From a virus (lineage: Duplodnaviria > Caudoviricetes): a stretch of DNA of 56,053 nt. A program made the position numbers and the translations under genes. The notes below the pieces were generated by a model, which saw nothing but the letters and a program-made list of their open reading frames with translations, had not been told where the DNA came from and searched no databases. Below, in pieces: positions 38,434 to 47,278 of this stretch. Numbering within the stretch: the stretch's first letter is position 1; each line of letters opens with the position of its first letter. The stretch is from IMG/VR virus record IMGVR_UViG_3300045941_000468, positions 1 through 56,053 of that record; one strand, 5' to 3'.

Positions 38434-40587
38434 TTACTTCTCGCTCTCCGTGATCGTCTCCCGCCCGCCCGGCTCGTCGTTCTTCGTCTCCTGCTTCGGC
38501 GGCGCCCCGCCGCTCGCCTTCCGCCCCGCGGGACTGACCGTCTGCCCGATCCCGAGCATCGCCTGCGCCTGCAGCCGCTCGGTCACCGTCACCGGGACGC
38601 GCAGCTCCAGCAGCTGCCCCGACATGATGTCCAGCAGGAACGTGCGGCCGGTCTGCGGGTCGGTGTACTGCGGCGGCGCGGCGCCGCCCGCGGCCAGCAT
38701 CGGGCCCATCGAGAGCGTTTGCATCGCCTGCTGCATCATCGCGGGCAGGACCGTGTCGGGCGGCTTCTCGATCACCGGCAGCGGGATCGCGGGCGGGGCG
38801 CCGACGTTGGGGGTCTCCAGCGTCTCGTGCAGCGACCAGAAGTCGTAGTAGCCCATGCGGGCGAGCTGCACCCGCATCATCTTGCGCTCGGTCGCGTCCA
38901 TCGCCAGGACGCTGTTGGGCGCGACGATGAAGACGAACTGCTTGTGGAAGTACTGCGCACGCTGGTCGCGGCTGGTGGTGTTGACGTCCAGCTCCGGGGT
39001 GTAGCCGGGCTGACCGGGCAGGAGCGCCGGGACCATCATGTCGGGGTCGAAGTCGAACTCGTTCAGCATCTGCCCGCCGGTGCCGAGGATCTGCACGCGC
39101 TTGGACGTGGAGAGGAACTGGAAGTAGTTGATCTTCACCATCTCGCTGAAGTCGCGCAGGAAGAGTTCCACCTGGCGCGCCTCCTGCCGGATCTCGGGCG
39201 TGAGCGCTTCGTAGTACTTCTGGATCGTGTCGGCCGAGGGCATCTGGCGGAGTTGCAGGAGCGCCGAGAGGTTGGCGGTGCCACTGAGGTCGGCAAACTT
39301 CTGGGTGAGCCGCTCCCACATATCGATCCCCATCGCGATGATCTGCGGGTTGGGGCCTTCTTCCTTCTTCCACGGGTCGCCGAACCCCGGCATCACCTTG
39401 ACGCGCTTGCCCGGGCGGCGCGGGTCCATCAGCTTCATGGTGGCTTCGCTGACGGCGTTGCGGTTGTAGGTGATGTCGGGGTTGGTCCACTGGCGCATCC
39501 CGAGGCGCACGTCGTGCACGGTGTCGTTGATGGCGTCTTGGAGCGGGAGCAGATCGTTGAAGAGCGGGATGCCGAGGAACTGCCAGGGGACGCTCCAGAG
39601 CTTCAGGCGGCAGAACGGATACATGCCGTGCCAGTAGGTGTTGGGGCCGTCGTAGATGAGGACGTCGTCAGTGGCGACGAGCAGACGCCCGCGCGGGTAG
39701 AGCGGCTGGCCGGGCTCGGCGAGGTAGGCCCAGTTGGTGCCGGGCGTGCCCATCGGGATCGGCTTGTTCGTCAGGTTGCGCGTGCGATCGCGGAAGTAGG
39801 CGCGGTAGAGGACGAGCGCCCCGCTGCGCGCCTTCTTCACCGTGCCCGCGCTGCCGGGCCAGGCGATCGTGTCGAGCGGATCGGCGGGCGAGATGAGGCG
39901 CGAGAGGCCGGTGCGGAAGCGGCCCATCACCTGCCCGAGGAGCGTGTCGGGTGAGGCGCGGAACAGATGCGCCTTGGTCGGATACATCCCCTTGAGCACG
40001 TTGACGGTGTGCTCCTCGCGGAAGCAGACGCCTTCCCAGAGCTGACACGAGCGGCCGAAGGAGGGGCGGAGCGGCAGGGTGTCGCGCGGGTCGCGCGCGG
40101 TGAGCTGGTGCGCGCCGCCGAGCGGCGCGTGCGGGTCCCAGTCGATGACGAGATCGCCCGTGCCTCCGGCGAGCGAGTACTTCACGCAGTCGCCCAGGTC
40201 GAGGTCCATCATCGTGGTGACCCACTCGTACATCAGGTACATGTTCAGGAGGTTGGCCTGGACCTGGTACTCGGGGTTCGATCGCCAGCCCGCGATCGGC
40301 TTGAGGTCGGTGATGGCGGAGACGTGCGCCTGCATCGCCTTGCGCGTCTCGTTGATGGTGACCTGCGGGAGGTACTTCATGCGGCAGTGCTCAGCGGAGA
40401 GCTGGTTGCCGGTGATGTAGTCCTGCGCCTTGCCGATCAGATCGTAGGAGGGGTCGGTGCGGTTGATCAGGTCGCCTTCCTGCACCCACTCGCGCAGCCA
40501 GTTGAGGACGCGCGGGTCGCCCGCGATGAGGCCGTCGGCGGTGACGCGGGGGAGATCGATCACACCAGAGGGAGAGAAGTCGGCCAC
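38434..40587 (-). CDS. Portal protein
   Basis: DYITGNQ...TINET, FLGIPLFNDLLPLQDAIN, LSG motifs; GAAGGAG RBS before GTG 40587. Confidence 0.85.
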   Translation of the reverse strand: MADFSPSGVIDLPRVTADGLIAGDPRVLNWLREWVQEGDLINRTDPSYDLIGKAQDYITGNQLSAEHCRMKYLPQVTINETRKAMQAHVSAITDLKPIAGWRSNPEYQVQANLLNMYLMYEWVTTMMDLDLGDCVKYSLAGGTGDLVIDWDPHAPLGGAHQLTARDPRDTLPLRPSFGRSCQLWEGVCFREEHTVNVLKGMYPTKAHLFRASPDTLLGQVMGRFRTGLSRLISPADPLDTIAWPGSAGTVKKARSGALVLYRAYFRDRTRNLTNKPIPMGTPGTNWAYLAEPGQPLYPRGRLLVATDDVLIYDGPNTYWHGMYPFCRLKLWSVPWQFLGIPLFNDLLPLQDAINDTVHDVRLGMRQWTNPDITYNRNAVSEATMKLMDPRRPGKRVKVMPGFGDPWKKEEGPNPQIIAMGIDMWERLTQKFADLSGTANLSALLQLRQMPSADTIQKYYEALTPEIRQEARQVELFLRDFSEMVKINYFQFLSTSKRVQILGTGGQMLNEFDFDPDMMVPALLPGQPGYTPELDVNTTSRDQRAQYFHKQFVFIVAPNSVLAMDATERKMMRVQLARMGYYDFWSLHETLETPNVGAPPAIPLPVIEKPPDTVLPAMMQQAMQTLSMGPMLAAGGAAPPQYTDPQTGRTFLLDIMSGQLLELRVPVTVTERLQAQAMLGIGQTVSPAGRKASGGAPPKQETKNDEPGGRETITESEK

Positions 40588-40589
40588 GG

Positions 40590-40802
40590 CTACTCCTTCG
40601 GCCCCTCGATGAGGGGGTGCCACTGCGTCGGGTGCAGCACGGGCGGCGCGTCGGCGACCCACGCCGTGCCGTTCCAGTGCGCGATGAGTTGCCGGGTCCC
40701 GCCCACGAGGATCAGCACGTCCTGCCCGTCGGTCGGGGCGGTGGCGATCGGGGACCAGGACGCGGGTGGGGCAGGCGGGGCAGGCGCGGGACGTTTCGCC
40801 AT
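40590..40802 (-). CDS. DUF551-like small protein
   Basis: WSPIATAPTDGQDVL...PTQWHPL. Confidence 0.65.
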   Translation of the reverse strand: MAKRPAPAPPAPPASWSPIATAPTDGQDVLILVGGTRQLIAHWNGTAWVADAPPVLHPTQWHPLIEGPKE

Positions 40803-40803
40803 G

Positions 40804-41286
40804 TCACTTCTCCAGTCGGTCGAGCGCCGACGGGGTGGCATCGCTGACCCCGGGGCCGTAGTCGGTGTCGGCGACATCGGCGTTCCGGCGGATGTCGGCG
40901 GCGTGCTTTTTGACGAAGGCGGGGTCGGGCTGTTCGCCGCCCTGCCAACGGGGCGCGAGCGCGTGGACGTCGCGGTTGCTCGCGTCTTGCGACCAGCGCC
41001 GCCAGACGATCGGCTGGCCTTCGCCGTTGCGGTACTGCCGCTCGCTGTCCGCTTCGACCTGGCGGAGCTTGCGGAGGCTGTCGATCGTGACGAGGTGGTT
41101 TTGCCCATCGCGTGCCTCGAACTCCTGAAAGGGCTCATACGCATCCATCCGCCCGACCTGCGGGATCCACGCCGCTGTGCGTCCGCAGTGCTCGGGCGCA
41201 CCGGCGGTGGCGCCCACGGCGATCGGGATATTCACATCGAGCAGGACCTGGCCGCAGGTCTGGCACCAGAAGTCATGCAGAGCCAT
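40804..41286 (-). CDS. FmdB-like zinc-ribbon protein
   Basis: MALHDFWCQTCG...HCG; portal-adjacent position. Confidence 0.65.
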   Translation of the reverse strand: MALHDFWCQTCGQVLLDVNIPIAVGATAGAPEHCGRTAAWIPQVGRMDAYEPFQEFEARDGQNHLVTIDSLRKLRQVEADSERQYRNGEGQPIVWRRWSQDASNRDVHALAPRWQGGEQPDPAFVKKHAADIRRNADVADTDYGPGVSDATPSALDRLEK

Positions 41287-41491
41287 AGAGCTTTCCCTCG
41301 GGCTGTCGCGGCGGACGGCGATGCAGCTGGTTGACGTGCGGGTGGAGCAGGCCGTTCGACATCACGAAGATCCAGGCGCCGCAGATCGGGCACTTCCCGA
41401 TCGGCACGTCGCGCTCGCGCCGCATCCCAGGCGACTGGCGGCGCTCGACACGCACGGCGCACGGCACCCGGCCCTCGCAGCGCTGATTCAT
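41273..41491 (-). CDS. Small Zn-finger protein
   Basis: GKCPICG...HPH; ATGA overlap. Confidence 0.5.
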   Translation of the reverse strand: MNQRCEGRVPCAVRVERRQSPGMRRERDVPIGKCPICGAWIFVMSNGLLHPHVNQLHRRPPRQPEGKLYGSA

Positions 41492-41646
41492 CGCGGCCCC
41501 CGCGGGCGCAGGTGCAGGATCTCCCCGCAGTCGGTACACAGCAGGACGACGAGGCGCCCCTCGTCGCGCACCTCCAGCAGCTGGCAGGGTTCCAGGTGGA
41601 ACCAGTGCGCCAGGCGGTGCCGCCAGTACTGCAGGTGCTTACGCAT
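41488..41646 (-). CDS. Small Zn-ribbon protein
   Basis: MRKHLQYW...LLCTDCGE; TGATG overlap. Confidence 0.5.
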   Translation of the reverse strand: MRKHLQYWRHRLAHWFHLEPCQLLEVRDEGRLVVLLCTDCGEILHLRPRGPR

Positions 41647-41738
41647 CAGCGTCGCTTCCCCACGAGCAGCGTGAGCAGCCAGAGCCCCACCAGCACGGCG
41701 AGGATGATCCACCCCTGACGCCAGTCGATCTGGTCCAC
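41646..41738 (-). CDS. 30-aa single-TM peptide (not in ORF track)
   Basis: MDQIDWRQGWIILAVLVGLWLLTLLVGKRR; GAGGG RBS; stop overlaps the next ATG. Confidence 0.55.
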   Translation of the reverse strand: MDQIDWRQGWIILAVLVGLWLLTLLVGKRR

Positions 41739-41745
41739 ATCACCC

Positions 41746-41820
41746 TCACTGCGTCACCCACACGAGGAGGACGTAGACCAGCAGGACGAACACGACCGCG
41801 ATCGCGAGCGTGACCTTCAT
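41746..41820 (-). CDS. 24-aa single-TM peptide (not in ORF track)
   Basis: MKVTLAIAVVFVLLVYVLLVWVTQ; ATGA coupling. Confidence 0.5.
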   Translation of the reverse strand: MKVTLAIAVVFVLLVYVLLVWVTQ

Positions 41821-41921
41821 CTGCCGCTCTCGAAGTAGGCCCGGGCGATCACGAAGATCAGCCAGGCGAACACCAGCCCGAGCACGAGCAGCGTCTGCGG
41901 CAGGGTGAGATCAGGAAGCAT
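41817..41921 (-). CDS. 34-aa single-TM peptide, paralogue of 44554..44652
   Basis: MLPDLTLPQTLLVLGLVFAWLIFVIARAYFESGR; start lies inside the operator copy at 41915-41928. Confidence 0.7.
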   Translation of the reverse strand: MLPDLTLPQTLLVLGLVFAWLIFVIARAYFESGR

Positions 41922-41928
41922 ATGCATC

Positions 41929-42348
41929 TCAGCCCGCCCGGTAGAAGATCTCGTCCTGGATCCGGTCGACCGCCGCCTTCATCTCCGCTTCGACCGTGCG
42001 CCCGCGCTTGGCCGCCCGGTGCTGCAGCTCACTGAGCTGCCCGGGGGTGAACGGGAGGCGGATGTCGCCGATGCGCAGCGAGGCGAGGCGGTCGATGGCG
42101 AGGACGAGCGCCTCGGGCGTGCGGGTCGAGCCCAGCCCGCAGATCTCCTCCAGGCGGGCGCAGTCGGCGGGCGTGAGCTGCAGGCCCGGCGGGGGCGCGG
42201 CGCGCCAGCCCTCCAGTGCTCGCGTCACCACCCCTTCGATCTCCGCGGTGAGCGAGCGGATGCGCGGGTCAGGCGCGCTGGCGATCGTCGAAGTAGAGCC
42301 CGCCGGTCTCGTCGGTGAGGGCGTAGGTGTCGTCTTGGACGGACTCAT
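41929..42348 (-). CDS. Hypothetical protein with RHH-like C-terminus
   Basis: IRLPFTPGQLSELQHRAAKRGRTVEAEMKAAV; overlaps the terL 3' end. Confidence 0.55.
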   Translation of the reverse strand: MSPSKTTPTPSPTRPAGSTSTIASAPDPRIRSLTAEIEGVVTRALEGWRAAPPPGLQLTPADCARLEEICGLGSTRTPEALVLAIDRLASLRIGDIRLPFTPGQLSELQHRAAKRGRTVEAEMKAAVDRIQDEIFYRAG

Positions 42349-44557
42349 GATCGGTCTCCAGGTCGTCGGCTTCCTCAGCGGTCATCGCCGAGTTGCGGTA
42401 GTCGGGTTTCTCGGTGCGCGCCTCGCGCGCCTGCTGCTCGATCGCCGACTTGCGGCGCCGCCGCTCGGCGATCGGTTCGACTTCGCCGCCCGCCATGCGC
42501 CAGGCGACGTAGTAGCCGATGGCGGACGACATCACGGTGTCGTCGTGCTGCCCGCGCGCGGCCTCGGCCTCGCCGATCGAGGTTTCGGTGATGAAGTGCC
42601 GCAGCTCCCCGCGCGTGATGGGCGAGTTGAGGATCAGGTCGGGGAGGCGGCTGATCGGATCGAAGGTGGTGACGGCGCCGTAGTAGCTGGCGAGCAGCAG
42701 CGGGCGCGTGCGCGGGTTGGTCTGCCAGCCGATGCGGGTGGAGTAGCGACGCTCCTGACTGGCGGCGTCGGCATACTCCCAGACGTAGAAGTGCGCGTAG
42801 CCCAGATGCAGCTGCAGGGCGTCCTGCGTCGCCAGCCCGTGGTTGTTGGTCTCGATCGCCGCCATCGCCTCGATGCCGTCGGGGTCGGCGTAGTAGCGGC
42901 CGATGGCGTCGCAGACGAAGGCGAGCGCCTTGGGGTCGAGCTGATTGGTGATGTACTGCGCGACCTGCTCGGCGGGCTCCTCCATCGAGGGGAGGCGGAT
43001 GACGTCGACGACCGAGTAGTCCTGGCCCAGGCCGTCGCTGACGTCGACGCCGAGGATGTAGCGGCGCGTGCCGCGCAGGCGCGGGTACTCCCAGATCGCC
43101 ATGACGCTGTGGCGGAGGGAGGGGAGCTGCGCCAGCTGCTCGGCCGAGAGGCGGCGGAAGCCGTAGCCGGGCGGCACCGGCGTCGTCTCGTGGCTCAGTG
43201 GGGTCGAGAAACGCGCGATCGCGGGCGCCAGCGGCGGGACCACACGCTGCCGCTGGACGTCAGCGGTCTCGGGCTGGCCGCGCAGTTCGGCCACCGCCAG
43301 CGCGGGTTCCACGCTCCAGACGTCCCGCAGGGGGCGGAGCGAGCCTGCGCGGTCGATCGCTTCGAGCTGTTCGAGGGTGAAGACCGAGCGGCCCGCATAC
43401 TGGAAGCACTCCTGATCATCAGCGGGGTACTCCTTCAGGAACTTGTACAGCTGCCCTTTCGATTCGTAGAAGCGGCGCGTCTTCTCGTACCAGTACAGCT
43501 GGTCGCGCGAGAGCGTGACGGTGCGCCCGGCATACCACTTCGGGCTGTCGCGTTCGCACTTGGCGGCGTGCGCGAGGGTCGAGGGCGAGGGGTCCCAGCC
43601 CGCCGGGGCGGGGAGCGAGTACTTCTTCGGCTCGGCACTCCACGGGATGAAGATGTTGCGGAAGCGCCCCTCGCCCTGCCCGCTGGCGAGCCAGTGCTTG
43701 TGCCACCAGTCCCCGGCGTACTCGGCGGTCGCCTCGTAGATGACGAGGGTGTCGGCGGCGTAGGGGATGGCGGGGAGGAGCGCGGTGTCGAGCTGCTCGG
43801 GGTTGTCCCAGGTGGGCAGCTCGCTGATGTGCACGACCGAGTAGGTCTGGCCGCGCCCGATCGACCCCTTCGTCCCTTCGGTGCCGGTCACGGATTGCAG
43901 GGCGCCGCGGGTGGACTTGCCCCAGGCGGTTTTCAGAAAGCACTGGTTGACGAGACTGAGTTCGCGGTTCTTGTTGAAGTACACCCGCTCGGGCTTGAGG
44001 AACCACGGCAGCTGGTCGTAGATGCGCACGACCATGCGGAACAGATACCCGGCCTGGTCCTCGACGTCGGCCGCGGAGAGGGCGCGGATGTGCGTGCGGG
44101 TGACGATGCGGTGCGCCACGAGCGACTCGGCAAGGGTCGAGACCCCCAGCTGCCGGGCCTTGAGCACATTGAGCAACAGGCCGTCGGGCGAGCCGCTCGT
44201 GACATTCGCCATCTCCATCCGCGCGAGCTGGTCGAGCACCATCGCCTGCGACTCCCACAGCGGCGAGAGGCGGCGCAGCCCGTGGCCTTCCTGGTCGATC
44301 CAGACGAAGCGCTCGGCGAAGTAGGGGAAGTCGTAGGGGCAGCGCAGGCGCGAGCTGCCGACGAAGCGCTGCTCGTCCTCGGTGAGGGGACGGCGCGGCT
44401 GTCCGGACTCGTCCATCGCCTGCATGGCGCTGCTGGTGAGGGTGGCGCTGTCCGCGACCGAGTAGCGCGGGATCCCATCAGGGAAGACGGCGCGGAACTT
44501 CTGCGCAATGACCGCTTCGTCCTCCGCGATGAGATCCGGGTGGTACATGGCCGTCAC
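42269..44557 (-). CDS. terL: Terminase large subunit
   Basis: Walker A LKARQLGVST, Walker B VVHISE, coupling YEAT, nuclease ILGVDVSDGLGQDYS and HDD (start may be ATG 44548). Confidence 0.93.
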   Translation of the reverse strand: MTAMYHPDLIAEDEAVIAQKFRAVFPDGIPRYSVADSATLTSSAMQAMDESGQPRRPLTEDEQRFVGSSRLRCPYDFPYFAERFVWIDQEGHGLRRLSPLWESQAMVLDQLARMEMANVTSGSPDGLLLNVLKARQLGVSTLAESLVAHRIVTRTHIRALSAADVEDQAGYLFRMVVRIYDQLPWFLKPERVYFNKNRELSLVNQCFLKTAWGKSTRGALQSVTGTEGTKGSIGRGQTYSVVHISELPTWDNPEQLDTALLPAIPYAADTLVIYEATAEYAGDWWHKHWLASGQGEGRFRNIFIPWSAEPKKYSLPAPAGWDPSPSTLAHAAKCERDSPKWYAGRTVTLSRDQLYWYEKTRRFYESKGQLYKFLKEYPADDQECFQYAGRSVFTLEQLEAIDRAGSLRPLRDVWSVEPALAVAELRGQPETADVQRQRVVPPLAPAIARFSTPLSHETTPVPPGYGFRRLSAEQLAQLPSLRHSVMAIWEYPRLRGTRRYILGVDVSDGLGQDYSVVDVIRLPSMEEPAEQVAQYITNQLDPKALAFVCDAIGRYYADPDGIEAMAAIETNNHGLATQDALQLHLGYAHFYVWEYADAASQERRYSTRIGWQTNPRTRPLLLASYYGAVTTFDPISRLPDLILNSPITRGELRHFITETSIGEAEAARGQHDDTVMSSAIGYYVAWRMAGGEVEPIAERRRRKSAIEQQAREARTEKPDYRNSAMTAEEADDLETDHESVQDDTYALTDETGGLYFDDRQRA

Positions 44558-44652
44558 CCCCGCTCGAAGTACGCGCGAGCGATCACGAAGATCAGCCAGG
44601 CGAAGACCAGGCCGACGACGACGATCGCTTGCGGGAGGGTGAGGTCCGGCAT
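44554..44652 (-). CDS. 32-aa single-TM peptide, paralogue of 41817..41921
   Basis: MPDLTLPQAIVVVGLVFAWLIFVIARAYFERG; GAGGAG upstream; GTGA overlap with terL. Confidence 0.7.
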   Translation of the reverse strand: MPDLTLPQAIVVVGLVFAWLIFVIARAYFERG

Positions 44653-44662
44653 GGCGGCGCGC

Positions 44663-44875
44663 CTACTCCTCGACGCCCTTGCCGTGCCCGTCGCGGAAGC
44701 CGAGCACCACCGCGCCGCGCTCGGTCAGGACCTTCTCCTCGGTGAGGCGATTGATGATCAGCTGATCGCCGTCTTCGACCGGCGCCTCGGCGAGGCGCTG
44801 CCCGTCGCGGTAGCCCTCGATCAACCCCTGCATGTAGTCGTCACTGACGGCCTGGCCCAGATACATCGGCGACAT
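44663..44875 (-). CDS. Hypothetical protein (70 aa)
   Basis: AAAGGCAGG RBS; fits the operon. Confidence 0.55.
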   Translation of the reverse strand: MSPMYLGQAVSDDYMQGLIEGYRDGQRLAEAPVEDGDQLIINRLTEEKVLTERGAVVLGFRDGHGKGVEE

Positions 44876-44892
44876 GACGAACCTGCCTTTCT

Positions 44893-45693
44893 CTAGCTGC
44901 GGTCCTCCTCCTCAGCGTCGTCGTCGGCGTCGTCGTCGTGGGTGCCCAGCGGGAGATCGGGGGGCTCCTCGATGGGGGCGGGGGGATATTCGACCGGCGG
45001 CTCACTCACCGGCGCATAGGGACTGGCGCTGCGCGTGCGGCCGGGCGTGAAGAGCAGATCGCCGACCGCCTGGTGCAGCTGTTCGAGGGAGCCGCCGCCG
45101 TTCGCCGCCAGGGCGCCTGCGGCCACCACGCCCTGGTTCTGCGTGATGGTGAGCCCGCCCTTCTTCTCCAGCAGCTGGCCGAGTTCGAGCGCCAGCTTCT
45201 GCCGGTCGAAGTCCGGCTCGCTCAGGGTGGTGCCCGTGCCCCGGCAGACCGGACAGGTCGGGCGCCGAGCCTCCTCCGCCTGACAGGCCGAGCAGGCGAT
45301 CGGCACGGGCATCGCGCGCGTCATCACGTCCTCGACGATGGGTACCAGGCGGCTGGCGATGATGTGACTGGCCTCGATGTGTGCGCGGGTGATGAGTGCC
45401 TTGCGGTAGGCGGCGAAGAGTTCCGCGACGCTGATGCCGGTCAGCGTGCACAGGCGCCGCAGGCTGTAGGTGCGGTAGCGCGGGTCGAGCAGCAGGTTGA
45501 TCACCTTCTCGACTTCGGGCGCCGTCTCGGCGACCGCCAGGACATCGGCGAGCTTGGCGCGCCCGCCCACCGCGGTGGCAAACAGCTCGACCGCCTCGCC
45601 GTTCTGGATCTCTTCCTCGGCGCGCGTGAGCACGATCTCGGGGGCGCGCACCGCCGCCGGGACGAGCGCGCTGGCAGGGGTGCGGCGGGCCAT
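44893..45693 (-). CDS. Probable terminase small subunit with HTH and inserted CxxC-CxxCxGxG zinc finger
   Basis: YSLRRLCTLTGISVAEL (HTH), CSAC...CPVCRGTG, acidic tail; upstream of terL. Confidence 0.55.
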   Translation of the reverse strand: MARRTPASALVPAAVRAPEIVLTRAEEEIQNGEAVELFATAVGGRAKLADVLAVAETAPEVEKVINLLLDPRYRTYSLRRLCTLTGISVAELFAAYRKALITRAHIEASHIIASRLVPIVEDVMTRAMPVPIACSACQAEEARRPTCPVCRGTGTTLSEPDFDRQKLALELGQLLEKKGGLTITQNQGVVAAGALAANGGGSLEQLHQAVGDLLFTPGRTRSASPYAPVSEPPVEYPPAPIEEPPDLPLGTHDDDADDDAEEEDRS

Positions 45694-45890
45694 CGGTCAG
45701 GTCCGGATGATGCGGTGGCCGAGCAGGCTGTGCGCCAGGAGGCCGGGGCGCGGCGGGTCCAGCTGGCGGCGCGGGATCTCCGGCGCGGGCTGGGGGCGCA
45801 GGAACCGCTCCACCTCCCGCGGATCCCGAGAGGTCGGCGCTCCGACCGCAGGGGGCGCGCCGGGCAGGCGGGGCGGGTGGCGATCGGGCT

Positions 45891-46250
45891 TCACAGCCGT
45901 GACTCCGCCAGCCGCGTGAGTTCGACGTCGCGCGCGGTGAGGCGGGCGGCGAGGTCGCGCGTCTTTTCGTCGGCGAGGTAGATCATGACCTCCTCGTCGG
46001 TGGGGATGTGCCCGGTGTCGTTCTGCGTGCGCGCGATGTAGGTGGCGGCGAGATACGCCTCCTGCGGGTCGAGGAAGCTGACGCCGGTGTCCTCGCGGAC
46101 GGCGGCGCGATCGGCAGGCGGGGGCGGGGGCGCCAGGTGGTCCACGAGGCGGAGGAGGAGGTCGCCCTGCCGGTCGAGCGAGGCGGTGATCGCGTCGAGC
46201 GAGCGGGCGACACGCCGGAGATAGAGCAGCCCGGCGAGACGCTTGAGCAT
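45891..46250 (-). CDS. Hypothetical protein (119 aa), leaderless
   Basis: ATG 36 nt from the start of the promoter -35 hexamer; coherent composition. Confidence 0.65.
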   Translation of the reverse strand: MLKRLAGLLYLRRVARSLDAITASLDRQGDLLLRLVDHLAPPPPPADRAAVREDTGVSFLDPQEAYLAATYIARTQNDTGHIPTDEEVMIYLADEKTRDLAARLTARDVELTRLAESRL

Positions 46251-46295
46251 GGAGCAGGATATGGGCCAGAGCCCGGGGGCTGTCTAGATCCCCCT
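46251..46295 (-). promoter_or_regulatory. AGGGGGATC-class promoter (copy 3), leaderless
   Basis: AGGGGGATC-TAGACA...CATATCCT-GCTCC-ATG(46250). Confidence 0.65.
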
Positions 46296-46577
46296 GGTCA
46301 GGAAGCGGGGCGTGGCCGGGCCGAGGAAGGCGTCGATGGTGTTGCCCTCGAACCATTCGAGCGCGGCGTCCTCGCCCATGTCCCGCGCCATCGCGCTGAG
46401 GACGGCGTCCCGGTCGTAGAGGACGGCGGGCGCCTGGCCGGAGCCTTCCACGAGGCCGAGGATGGCGTGGTCGAAGTGCTCGGGCGGGTCGAAGAAGATC
46501 AGCTCGACGTCGTGATCCTCCGCCCAGCGGGTGAGGTCGGCGCGGGTGGGTGGGGCGAGTCGGGCGACGCGAGCCAC
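46284..46577 (-). CDS. Conserved phage hypothetical protein
   Basis: FDHAILG...VLYD...EWFE.N...FLG..TP.F pattern. Confidence 0.65.
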   Translation of the reverse strand: MARVARLAPPTRADLTRWAEDHDVELIFFDPPEHFDHAILGLVEGSGQAPAVLYDRDAVLSAMARDMGEDAALEWFEGNTIDAFLGPATPRFLTRGI

Positions 46578-46623
46578 GCCCGGGAGGATGCCTAGCGGGC
46601 GGGCGGCGTGTCCAGATCCCCCT
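46578..46623 (-). promoter_or_regulatory. AGGGGGATC-class promoter (copy 4), leaderless
   Basis: AGGGGGATC-TGGACA-18-CATCCT-7 nt-GTG(46577). Confidence 0.7.
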
Positions 46624-46813
46624 TGGCGCCGTGCTTGGGGCAGTCGACGCTGACGCAGCGGCCCCCGGGGTCGACCTGGATCGGGCCGCAGCCTTCACAG
46701 AGGACCACGGCGGCTTTGCCCTCGGCCCACGCTTCGGGGGTGGTCAGCCCAGCGAGTTCCTCGAAGTCCTTGCCGAAGAGTTCATCCGAGCACTGCAGGC
46801 AGAAGTCAGCCAT
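46592..46813 (-). CDS. Small Cys-rich phage protein
   Basis: MADFCLQC...LCEGCG...VD..GRC. Confidence 0.65.
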   Translation of the reverse strand: MADFCLQCSDELFGKDFEELAGLTTPEAWAEGKAAVVLCEGCGPIQVDPGGRCVSVDCPKHGAKGDLDTPPAR

Positions 46814-47278
46814 CGGTCACCGTGATGGAGACGCGCAGCTCGGTGACCGTCGGGGCCTCGCGCCCAGCGACGCGCTGCAGATCGGCGCTGAGGACGTACT
46901 TCGAGACGAGCTTGACGCCGTCGCCGGTGGCGTAGAGGGCGGCGATGAACTCGCCGTCCTGCCAGACCTCGCAGACCGGCTGGCCGCGCAGCAGCGCGTG
47001 CTCATCGAGACGGAAGGTAATCATGGCTCGGGCTCCTCCCGTGTCAGCTGCTGGTGGCGGAGCGCCAGCTCGCACACCTTGGGGCCGACCGCCTCAATAG
47101 CGGCGACGAACGATTCGAGCAGCTTGTAGGCGGCGTAGATGTCCTTGCCGAAGATGGTGCCGCTGGTGATGTGGCGCTGCAGGATCTGATAAAACGGGTC
47201 ATCCGCTGACCAGCGCCCCTCGGCGAGGATCTGCTTGGCGCGGGCGACGTCCTCGGCGAGGGTCTCGTAGTAGGGCAT
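46806..47278 (-). CDS. Two coupled hypothetical genes (46806..47024 and 47021..47278)
   Basis: ATGA/TGATG overlaps and RBS-like GGAGG. Confidence 0.55.

Noticed and set aside
41996-44896. 966-aa + strand ORF
   Set aside because: Antisense shadow of terL
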